Positions 52,904 through 64,000 of a stretch of 64,000 bases of DNA are shown here, one piece after another (the stretch's first letter is position 1; each line of letters starts with the position of its first letter). The DNA lies in NCBI RefSeq assembly GCF_000002075.1, contig NW_004797336.1:1837787-1901786 (forward strand), given 5' to 3'. The notes beneath the pieces were generated by a model. It was not told where the DNA came from, searched no databases, and saw only the letters and a program-made list of their open reading frames with translations. The position numbers and the translations under genes were made by a program. Origin of the DNA: Aplysia californica (lineage: Eukaryota).

Positions 52904-53226
52904 TCTCCGAGACGGTAATCGAGGAAGTATCTCCGCTCCCCTCTCCTCGACGACGCCCAAATAAGGGGATCGGTTGGCCTTTCACTGTCATTTCACAAGT
53001 GATAGATGTTCCCTCGTTATCTGACGAATGGAAAGAACCGTGGGCCCGGTTCGTTCCCCGGATGCTGAAAGTGGGCCGCATTCTGATGACGATCTTCACG
53101 TACTTCTGCGTGATCTACGGCTCCCTCACCATCCTGGCAACGTGCGTGCACAGACAGATACAGTTCACCCCCTTCAATTTGAGCTTTGTCGTCAATGGCA
53201 CTTTCGGTATCATACACCGCTACTAG
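52904..53226 (+). CDS. Uncharacterised single-pass membrane protein, terminal exon
   Basis: ctctcttgcag|(V)SETVIEEVSPLPSPRRRPNKG...VGRILMTIFTYFCVIYGSLTILATCVHRQIQFTPFNLSFVVNGTFGIIHRY*. Coding-like C/G third positions, one TM segment, AATAAA at ~53836 and 53851. Confidence 0.72.
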
Positions 53227-56200
53227 AGACTGAAACTGGCGGAATTTGGAGCTCAATACTGTTGTTAGTTACATGAGAGAATTGTCTGAACTCTCTCAAG
53301 AAGAGCAAGCAAACTGCATTTTTAACGCATCTACCTTATCCTCAGTTCAAAAGTTTTCAATTTATATCACAGACAGAAAGATGAGATAATGTATCTAAAC
53401 ATGCCACAGGACCAAGGAGAATTGAAGTTTTGTTTAACAATTAAATAGGGAGAGCACGTGACACCTCATAGTTAAGAGAGTGAATGTTAATTTTTTTAAT
53501 TGAATTTCTGGACTACCTGGATGCTCACCTGTTCCTGCTGTACAACTTTCGTCTTAATTCTCATTCTTCTCTTTTCCCATTTTGATGCAAGTATTAACTC
53601 TCTCACAGTCAATGTTTCAAAATGTGTTTGCGATCCACACATTCGTAAAAAATGAGTCTTGCCATGTTCGTCATCGGTGGACCCAAACCAGAAACATCGC
53701 AGAGGTCTCACAAGTCCGCAATGTGGGCCAAAGGTTGAGTTTGATAGACTGCGAATGTTGAATTTCTGCCGGATAATTAAAAGTAAGTTTTATGAATTCA
53801 GCTTGAAAATACCGAAGTGTCCCGTGACAATTAATAATAAAGTCTTGTTGAATAAAACACCAACCGTGTGCTTGTGATTTGTCAAATAACATCGTCAACA
53901 CTGATTCACAATACAAATGTACTTATTACAGACTGCTTACTCATTTCGGTTTGTACAGTACATCAGGTGTTTAGTTTTGAATAGCTTGCCACGCCTTTAG
54001 TCAGCAGTGGATTCTACAGCAAAGTAAGAGTAAGAGCCATCATGGACCAACTTTATCGGAGTTCTATCACAGCGGCAACGTGGGCTATACAAAATACACG
54101 TTTTGAACTATTTGTTACAAGTTCTGGGGCCACCCATTCGTCTGCTTGAAATGCATCATAACCCGACTGCTATTTTTTTTTAGAAAACAACGTGATAAAT
54201 CTGCTGCTTCTGGTCATTATATAATATTAATAATGACATCTATCTGTAATAACTGGGTTATTATAAAGTAGGCCTACTTGTCTTTCAGATCAAGAGTTCA
54301 GAATTACAGTAGTAACAGTTTCTGTTGGCTGTATTGTTATTGACATTTTGACAGGGGGTTTTTTTGTTTGCTTTTTAAGCATCCACTTGTTTCAAAAGTG
54401 GAATTGGAAATAGAGGGGAAGTGATATGATCCTGTTATCTGATACAGCCCACTTAATACAAAAGTTGTAACAAAGTGAAGTGTGAAAAATGAACATAACT
54501 TTTGAGTTCCAGAGCAAACTTCTGGCTGCTTACTGGTGTCTCCAGTGTGCATACTATTTTCTTCCCAAATCACAGAGACCCATTTATAATATGTATTATA
54601 ATCCAGAGATCGGACACAGTACGCAATGCGCCCGCCACGGCCACTTCTTTGCGAGTAGGTAGACAAATACTTGACTGCCTTGGGTTCGAATTCCCATCTC
54701 AACACGATTGTTCGAGGATCCCCACTCCACTTTTTTCATCCCCCCCCCCCCCCCCACCCCCAGAAAAAAACTATTCCATTATATTTTGTAAGTTCTACTA
54801 TAATATATTACGACATAGGATAAGCATAAATTTTTCACAATTGGAGAAAACTGCAGCAGGGGGCAGATCTTTATGTTGACATTGTGTCTCAGCGCAGCTG
54901 ATGTTCAATTGGTAGCATCTTTTCGGCACAAGGTAAGATTCCAAATGTAGTACACGAAATTTTCTCGCATTTGTTATAAACTAACAATATTATATTTTAG
55001 CAATACGCTAGGCACGTAAAGAGCATTCTCGTCTACGGGTGCAGACGTTCATTGGCTCCGATGGCTTGCTCGCGGCTCATAATAATAGGGCCAACTACAA
55101 TGTATTTGAATTATAAACCCTACAGACAAGTAAAAGTACGATACTTTAAAGTATTTTCGAGGTAGGTTGCTTAGACCCTACCTGTCAGCACCAATGGGCT
55201 GGGCGGAATACCGTATTCCAGCAGAGAATCTAAGATGAAAACACTCGATAAAATAACCATCCCTCCACGGAAATTGCACTCTTGTCTTTTGCGTGCAACA
55301 GCAAAAAGCAATTCCATTACACTACGGATGCAGGTGACCTACCAAAGGCACCTCCAACAATCCACACTCTTCATGTAAGTTAGAGGGCAGAGGAAACATT
55401 CTAATCAAATCAAAATATTATAATACATGTATTCTTGCTCGTTCTCTTTTCTGATTACATCTTCCTTTAAATTTGTCCCCACCCTCCCCCCTCTCAATTC
55501 CTCTCAAACAAACACACAACATGCGCGTTCACAAAAAGTAATATGCATGAACAAGAACACTTTCAAGTAAAAATTAGAGATCCATTTTATTACATTTGTG
55601 TAAAGATGTAAAACATCACCAGTTTTCCAGATTGGTTTACTTCCATCACTTGAATTTTTTTCCAATCACCTTTCTCTCTTAATGCCGACATACACATACA
55701 CACTCATAATGCCCAATAAAACAGTTATATCTTACCTAACTTTGAAGTAAAAATTAAACTTCTCCAGACCTGCACATTAGCACCTTTTTTTTTTCGCTGC
55801 CGTTTTTCTCTCCACAAACACACATACAAACAGAAAAAGATTTGCTTTTGGGCAAACACACAGACATACATTCACTAAAGCACATCAGAGGAATCAAACA
55901 TGAAACTATTGGTGGTATTTCATCAAATTATGATAAATACATAAGAGCATTCTGTACACACAGGTCCAAAGGAAGGGCATTGATATCATGGTCAAATTAC
56001 TCCGCTTGAGACAAAGCTTAATGTGGGTAATGTAATTTCTTAAATAAGCCCTGTGTAACTTATGTAACAATCATCCAACCAGAGACACAATTCCAACACA
56101 ACTGCAAACTATATAACCTGAATCACAACAATAGACAATTTGTGCATTTATTTACCAAAGCTCGCAACAGTGTATTACTTTTCAATAATAATGGAACGAA

Positions 56201-58387
56201 TGTGATGATGAAAAGACCAATGAAGAAAAAATATGAAAAGACCAATGAAGAAAAAATGTGAAATGCACTGAGGAGTCTATCATTAAACAACATAATGTCT
56301 ATTTTTCAGACTGTGAAAGAAAGCATGGACTTTTCATGGAAGTTGTCAGTTTGTATACATAGCAAGCAAACATGGATTCCTTCATTGAAATTATTGCACT
56401 CAAAATCAGTTTTTAAAAAATATATATATAAAAATTCGAAAACGATAGATCAGATTTGTATGCAGTTGTCTGAAAAAAATCACTCTTCAAATTTCAAGAG
56501 TTGTTCATTTGTATACATTAGGAAATAGATAAAAAGGCTGAGAGTAAATTAGTCTGGAGAGAAGGCATCTGCTTGTCAAGTATCAAATTCCACACCAAGT
56601 TCTTTTGGTAAAGTTTTAGACATGAACAGTGTAAAACTTACTATCTTACTTTTCTTTATCTGGTTTGATGATGGAATGAAGGGTTAAACATTAAGTCTTT
56701 TTGTATTAAGACGAACAACTATTAGGCTACATAATAAACAAAATTTGGCAACTGAAAGGCAAAGAAGATCAAGCTTGGCACTGCAAATAAATAAAAAATT
56801 AATTCAACCAAAACTAAAGAAAAAGGTCAGTATAAACAAACAACAAACATAAGAAATAAACGACATACAGCTGTCTGAAAAGGTATGTGGCATTTCATTT
56901 TAGTAGGGAAAAAGTGTCACAATGTGAAAATTACAGCTCTGTGGGTTAATTTGGTTAAAAAAAACTATTGTAAACTACCTCTGACATCCGGTAGAACACA
57001 TTGGAAATTATATATATAATGTCAAGATTTAAAACAAGGCAGCAAAAGAAACAAAAAAGTCAGTTTCCTAAAGAAGCAAAGCTTTGAAATTGAAACTGCC
57101 ATTTCTTTATAAAGAAAATGGGCTTCATTGATAGATGTGACTATAATCTGAATGACATAGATCTAGATCTACCTTACGGCCATCAAGTAGGGCAGTTTAA
57201 GTACAATTCCATCTGATAGAAGAAATAAATTACTTGGGTATTGGTATCACAACCACAAATAGAAAAGCAACCCTGTTTGGAGAAAAGTTATAATTAGAAT
57301 CTATGTATGAACAAACATTATATCATGGCATAATACCAACATAAATATCTCTCTATATATATATATAAATATTAGCAAACAGCTGGGAGCACAACTGGAC
57401 TTTTTTTTAGCATAACAAATCAATAAAAGAAAAGCGATGTTAAGATAGTACAACAGAAAAAGAATTACCTACAGCTGTAATTTTCAAACAGTAGAGTCAA
57501 TTTATACTTTCATTGTACAAACAGCACTGCATTAGTATAGCATACTTTAAAGCTAAATTATTGGAGAAAAACAAAGAATACTATAGAATCATGGTCAAAA
57601 TCGTTTAAGAAAGCCACCAATTTTTTAGGATAAAATTGGTTGTCTTAGACAAGTGGATGTCTAAGACTGTCTTTACAATATTATATAAATAACAGAATGG
57701 GGGGGAGTGGATAGGGGTCATTTGTTCGGATCTAAACAGATGGCCATTAAATGAAGCAAGTTTTACAGTACATCTAGGCCTACTCTTTCCTCTCTTGATG
57801 AAAGACATTGGATATGCCTGATTGGAACAGACTATACATAAAAAGTAAAACGTGTGAAAAGAACATATTACATTAGCCGCTCATTTTACAATCAAGGCCA
57901 AAGGCAAGCATAAGGTCACACAGGTAGAAATAAATCAGGAAGAGCAGCGGAAGGGGAATTCATGTGGATCGGAAGTATAAGTAAAAATTTCATATTTATT
58001 TAAAGCAAAACATGCCAACATTTCAACTCATATATTTATTATGAAGCCACAACTGAAGGTAGATTGTGCAGAATAACCATCAAGTCCTGTCAACTGAAAT
58101 GAACTTCAATATCACTTAGTTTTTATATGACTATGACAAGTAAGGCTTGAAAAAATATATCCCGATTCACGAAAGAATACACATACAAAAACACACTGTC
58201 ATTAAATAGCAAAAACAAAAATAAACACAGTGAAGTGGAGCTTAGAAGAACTAATTCTTTTTCGCTTGAATGAACTGAGTAAGTAAAGAGAGACATGGTT
58301 CCTCAAGAAAAAGCTGCCTGGTGTTCCATACTGAACTTCTCTGCCAGGAAAAAGTTCTTTCATAAGTTACGCTGTCATGGGCTGTCA

Positions 58388-58708
58388 TCATGAAGTGAGA
58401 TCAACACTGAAACTAACACCATCCATCTCTGGATGGGGGAGGAAACAGTTACAGCCACCATGATCCGCCACCACACGGTCATAGTGGTTACCATTTGTGT
58501 TACACAGTGAGATGTAACATGGGTGATGGCTCACCTCAACCGAGTCTGTACTTAATGCAAACACGGGGCGAAAATGCAGCCACGAGTACTTGATGTTGCG
58601 GTGATTCGGTGTCAACATGTAGATGTCTCTTTGCAGCAAAGTGGCAGCTGCATAGATCTCACAGGTTGTGGCCCAGCTGTGATCCTCAGCCATTCGCATT
58701 ACATGAGT
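58388..58708 (-). CDS. OTU-domain deubiquitinase, last exon
   Basis: cttaacag|THVMRMAEDHSWATTCEIYAAATLLQRDIY...LCNTNGNHYDRV...; carries the OTU W...E motif and catalytic His loop (HYD). Confidence 0.92.
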   Translation of the reverse strand, partial: THVMRMAEDHSWATTCEIYAAATLLQRDIYMLTPNHRNIKYSWLHFRPVFALSTDSVEVSHHPCYISLCNTNGNHYDRVVADHGGCNCFLPHPEMDGVSFSVDLTS

Positions 58709-59547
58709 CTGTTAAGAAGTAATTTAAAAAGATTCACTTTAAAATAGCTAAAAGCCGAAACAATGAAAGATGACCGCACTTTCTTAAGATCATTTACGAA
58801 CTATATTCAGATGCAAGTCTTATACTAAAAGTTAAAAATCGATATAAATTGCTATCCAGTTTCATTTTTAATACAAGTATGATTGAGTCTGAGTGTGTAT
58901 TTTATGGTTGGGATGGGTGAATACTATATATTTAAGTCAAGACAAGTGTACATGAAAAATAAAATTTACAACAACAAAATAAATTATGAGATCATCAAAA
59001 ACACCCTGAAAATTCGGAATAGAGTTTTTAAAAAACCCTTTACATTTCAACAGAACTGTCATTCAGATTAAATCACAATTGAAAGAATGACAGAAGGTGT
59101 GTCTGAGATCAGTCTACAAGAGATTGATCAAATAAACCTATAAAACAACTCAGCTGAATATGTGTTTCATTTAAAGGAAAAGAGATGTGGAAATGAAAAA
59201 TGAGAANNNNNNNNNNNNNNNNNNNNNNNNNNNNNNNNNNNNNNNNNNNNNNNNNNNNNNNNNNNNNNNNNNNNNNNNNNNNNNNNNNNNNNNNNNNNNN
59301 NNNNNNNNNNNNNNNNNNNNNNNNNNNNNNNNNNNNNNNNNNNNNNNNNNNNNNNNNNNNNNNNNNNNNNNNNNNNNNNNNNNNNNNNNNNNNNNNNNNN
59401 NNNNNNNNNNNNNNNNNNNNNNNNNNNNNGGGGGATAACACTGACACGTATAAATATACATCATTTCAATATGAATGTGATAGAATTCTGGTCAAGTCCA
59501 CTAACAAATAACCCAGACAAAAAGGAAAAATTCAAATCTGTTCTCAC

Positions 59548-60579
59548 CTGCACATCCTCTCCGTCCACAAACTGGGCAAATTTGTCCTTGTTGGTGGCAA
59601 TCACGTCCACAATTAAGCTGCGTATCGTTTTGTGAAAGCGCTCACTGCCATACAGTTGCTTGCTCAGAGCCCGGAAGAAGCAGTTCCCATCACCTCGAAT
59701 ATAGTCAATTTGACGATTTTCCTGTGCAAGTTTGTCTTTCAAAATATCATACACAGGATAACTGGGTGCTGGATTGACCTCTTTCTCATCATCTTCTGTG
59801 CTTGTTTTGCTGACTGATGGCGATGGATCACTACTTGAACTGAATGGTTGGGACAGCTCAGATGGTTTCTCTACAGCACTAGAGACGTCAACTTCAATGT
59901 CATCAACTGAGATAGCGTTACTTATGGAACAGGAACTTGTCTCTCGGCTTAACCTTTCACTGTCTTTGTCATTCCCTGAACTGTTGTTACTTATGTTCAT
60001 TTCATATGATTTATCTCTCAGAGTGTGTTTTGACCTTTCATCCCCCAACGTTTTGCTGTGTGTAAAGAGACTGCGCCGGGCACCTAGCGACTGAACGGAC
60101 GACTTGTTAATGATGACATCCTCTTCAATCTTGATTGGAGAAACTGACACAGTACTATCCGAATCACAAACATTTCTACTGAATCTTCGGTGGCTGGATA
60201 TACCAGGACAAGAGCGATCTGCTGAGGCAGATTTATAAATAATTGGCACCTCGACAGGTTCATCGTCTACGACAATAGGAGGTTCAGATTTTGACGAACT
60301 CGTTACCACTGATGGATTAATCCACTTTTTATTCGTATCTGGTGTTCTGCTCTCTGTTATGTGCTCAACCTTGATGGGGATGACCTTGCCGGGAGGACTT
60401 GGTGACCGAAGAGTTTCATACTTAGGGGAGGCCCATGATGGTCTGGACCAAGTAGGAGATGAAGGACTAGTCACTCGGTACCGTCGACGAGCTGGTCTTA
60501 TGTCATCCCACATAGAATGGAAGAAACTTGAGGAGGGAGATGGAAACATGGGGTTGAGGAGTGCAGGGCCCCCAGCCAT
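59548..60579 (-). CDS. OTU-domain deubiquitinase, first coding exon
   Basis: Acceptor ttctttcag|AT ATG (ATG at 60579). Ser/Pro-rich disordered N-terminus, then IRGDGNCFFRALSKQLYG (catalytic Cys). Donor CAG|gtgaga. With the last exon gives 450 aa. Confidence 0.92.
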
Positions 60580-61162
60580 ATCTGAAAGAATGGAGAAACA
60601 ATTCATAACAAATGTAATAATCTTGACAAATTTCTCCACAAAACCGGTCAAAAGCTATATTTTTAGCAAACCAATAATTTTTAGCAAACCATGATGAAAC
60701 AAGCAGTCTTGATGGGCTCATCACTGATCGAGTTAAGAAAAAAAGTGAAGAAACGGGGGCTACTGTATTCCATGAAGTTTCAAACAAAGATTCATTTTTT
60801 TAAAATATCTTTCACTGGTCTCGGCTATCACACACAGAACAAAAAGACAAGAATTTGCAAGCACCTTGTAAACCTAATGTTTACCTTACTCTTGGATTCG
60901 GCAAAACAAAATCTACGCTATACATACACACTGTTTTCATTTTTTCTCTCCTGTTTTTTTACTGAGCCATGCAGACAATCAGATACAACACTTTCACAGG
61001 TAAGAAAATTAATTATTAAAGAGGTCTTTTTTAAGCCTGTTCAACTATCTTCACGCTGCCATGACACATAAAAGTAAAAATAACATGGACACATTTCTTT
61101 ACATATTTTGCCTTTGCATAAATTTTTTCAACAAAAACACATAATATTAGACATAGGGAACT

Positions 61163-61662
61163 CTATTTCTCCGAAAGCTCGGGAAAATAAACTTGAACTC
61201 TATTTCTCCAAATAGTTTACGCTCCGGAGATTTGTTGGTTATTTGCGAATGGAGTGGCCCGTGTGTGTGTGTGTGTGTGTGAGTGTGTAAGATGTGAGTG
61301 GGGGGATTTTTGTTTGTTTACACTGAGGATTTTAGTCTTTACTTTAAGGGAGATTAAATGCTAAATAAGTTACTGTCAAAGTCAAGCAGTCTTGTTTTCT
61401 CGCAGTACCTTTTGAAGGCAGTAATTTCAAATGAAGTATAGTCCGGGAACATTGCCCCAACCGCAATTTAAGTATCTAAAATATATTCAAACATTAAAAA
61501 ATCTCTAGAATCTAGCTCTAGAAATTGAATTTGATGCAAAAAATGTTTCTCCGAAGTCCTCGCAGAATGGCAGAATGAAAGACGATGCCGAAATCTCTCA
61601 AATAACCAGAAAATCTGAGAAATAGAGGTCAAGTTTATTTTCCCAAGAGTTCGGAGAAATAG
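61163..61662. mobile_element. MITE-like element with ~50-70 bp imperfect terminal inverted repeats
   Basis: ctatttctccgaaagctcgggaaaataaacttgaactctatttctc pairs with gagaaatagaggtcaagtttattttcccaagagttcggagaaatag. Confidence 0.75.
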
Positions 61663-62122
61663 TCACTTCGTCAATGATACTGATACCCTTGACTACAAAA
61701 GACAGTGGGCTACTTCTTTCTATCCTATCCCATCATTGATCATTTCAATTTCATATTATTTACAGAGTACTAACATAACTAACTAACAACTAAGATTAAG
61801 TCTTCCCTTCAATGATCAGTGCCTTTCACAATTACGTACTTTGTCATTGTTGTCTTTCATGCCTTGAGACTGAGATAGGGCTATGCTATGATATGGCTAT
61901 CTAATCAGTATTCATTCAGAATGAATGACATCTAATCTATGCATCAAAGTCAAAGAGACAAAATCATATTTTCCATTATTATAATAGTCTAGAATCTAAT
62001 CTAGATCTAGATCTAGATCTCTAATAATATCTGATCGCAGGTAAGGTAAGTATTAGAAAGTAATAAAATATAGGCCTAGGCATACACTGCTGATCTAAAA
62101 CTAAAAGTAAAAGTTAAAGAAA

Positions 62123-62605
62123 GTGGCTATTCTCACCCGCCCGGAAGTTCTCGCAAGATCAACTCCTCTCCTCTTCTCTCTCTCTCTGTCTCTTTCTGAA
62201 TACTGTCTATCGGTGTGGACGATCAAATTGACCAAAACAAAGTTAAAACCTGATGTTAAAACACAAAAGTAAATTAATTTGGTTGTCTACAAAGATGCTA
62301 CGGCTATTTAACTTTTCGAATCGAGCCGAACTACGCGGGTCGCCATTTTGTTTTGCCCGGAAATTCTCGCGTTACTCCTCTCTCTCTTTCTCTCTCTCTC
62401 TCCACTGCCCACAGACAAAATTGTACGCTTTCTGTAGGCTACAGTTGTAATGGAACGTTTGTTCACGGCACAGAATTCTACAATTTTTCTGTTATCACAG
62501 TGTAGAATTCTGTGGTTTAGGGTGAACGCAAAATTTGGTGAACGCGCACCGGGTGAGAATAGCCACAAGACTCGCCTGCACTATTCTCACTCCGGGTGAG
62601 AATAG
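62123..62605 (-). promoter_or_regulatory. Putative promoter and non-coding first exon of the OTU gene
   Basis: CpG-rich patch. YY1-type CAAAATGGCG (minus, 62341-62350), ETS cores CCGGAA at 62141 and 62357, minus-strand donor CGG|gtgaga at 62137/62136. Confidence 0.55.
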
Positions 62606-63765
62606 AGGTGGCCAAAGTTAAAATGGGATGAAACCCGACACAATTGACACTCGGTCAATCCCATCATACATAGGCTCTACTGTAATATCTTGAACTAATC
62701 TAGATCTAGAATCAATGAATATATATGCCAATCATCAATGCCAATATCATTATCAGTATCTCAGTATCAGTAACAAACCTTCAAAAAAGGAATCTGCTAG
62801 TGAGGTGAATGCCAGGTCAGGATCAATATGAAGTCTGTGAGGAAATGTTCTCAATCTCCTCCTTGAATTTGAGTTGTTTTCAGGTGGTCGTCCCCTCTCA
62901 ACAGACACCATTCTGGTGGGTGAAGTCGTTGTTTATAGTGATGATCTTGCTCCGCGATGAATCAATCGATCGTAATTCGTAGTGCTCAGTCAGGCACCGA
63001 TGAATGCCAGCACGCCGCTTACTCACCTATCTATTTATGTCTTCCACCTGTAAGTGGACGTGTGATTCAATCAACATACACGAAGAAACTGACTGCCTTC
63101 AACCCCTCCTACAATTACACGAACTTGCTGAATGACTAACAATTCTTCCCAGATGACTCATGAACATTCTAGTTGCTTTGAGAGCTTTGCGAACCAACTC
63201 CCAATGTTTACATTTACTCGAGCACTGATTGGCTGGCGATCTTCGTTCTGGGAAGTGCGTCATCAAAAACAGTGTTGTGGTACGAGATGACCTCTTTGGA
63301 ACAGCTGAAGTAGTAAATCAAGCCTAGCCTAGTTTTATCAGAGCTGTTTTATTTTGCTATCATCCGTCATCCACAACACATGATTCGAGGAATCTATTAT
63401 TAGATCTTGTTTAGAGACGTTAAATTTTATCCAGCGTGTTCAATTAATCAATCGTATTTATCAGTATTACGTCCTTCAAAAATAGAACACTAACCCAAGC
63501 TTGGCATTGAGAATCAAAAAAGGGTATATAGGCCTGTACCTGTACGTGTACCAAGGAGTTGGCCTGAACATGTACCCAACAAAAATTTTACGAAAACTCA
63601 TAGTAGTAGTCATAGTCTATAGGCTGTTCAAATAATATAAATTCTACACCTTTTATTTGAGATTCCGCCCCCTTTCTAACACTTTTCCTAACTTTGTCCC
63701 CCCCCCCCCCCCCCTTTTTTTTTCCAAAGAAAAAAAAAGCCGTATATATATTATTTTGTTTTTAC

Positions 63766-63964
63766 GAGGGCAGGCCCAGAACAACATGTAGATAGTACTT
63801 AGGGAACCTAAACAAATGGGTAACAGGGAAAGATCCTGGAAACGTAACTTTTTTTAGAGCATCCGAGCAAAGAAATGATCATGGAGAACCATGATCGCCG
63901 ATATGTCTGTCGCAGATCTGGCACTATGATGATGATGATGATAATAATAATAATAATAATAATG

Positions 63965-64000
<36 letters not shown>
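63766..64000 (+). mobile_element. RTE-type LINE 3' end with (GAT)n/(AAT)n tail
   Basis: Homologous to the reverse complement of 46828-46965; the tail runs into a long (AAT)n microsatellite. Confidence 0.8.

Noticed and set aside
56209-56262. Short tandem duplications (25 bp here; also ~15167-15215 and ~25423-25475)
   Set aside because: Ordinary slippage duplications with no sign of function.
62800-63310. Moderately GC-rich, coding-looking segment
   Set aside because: No long open frame and no recognisable motif; possibly an old repeat, but unsupported.

Overview
AT-rich eukaryotic (animal; probably lophotrochozoan/mollusc, by inference) draft-assembly window with about a dozen N-gaps. It contains intron-containing genes, not prokaryotic ORFs. 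I reconstructed these by hand from GT-AG sites and reading-frame phase: (1) the last exon of a chitin-deacetylase-like gene with a His/Asp-rich tail and a putative GPI signal (+, 303-990); (2) GOLPH3 (-, 3 coding exons, 287 aa), head-to-head across 455 bp with (3) CFAP161 (+, 8 exons, 297 aa); (4) a huckebein-like C2H2 zinc-finger gene (-, 3 exons, ~499 aa) whose last exon is duplicated 10 kb away inside CFAP161 intron 3; (5) an unrecognised single-pass membrane protein gene (+, at least 3 exons, 5' end not found); (6) an OTU-domain deubiquitinase (-, 450 aa). Introns and intergenic DNA hold many decayed transposons: Tc1/mariner, pogo/Tigger-like and hAT non-autonomous elements; RNase-H, Rex1-like, RTE, L2 and CRE-type LINE fragments; and several tRNA-derived SINE families, some nested. 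Family assignments come from remembered motifs, not database searches. No CRISPR array, rRNA or intact tRNA was seen.
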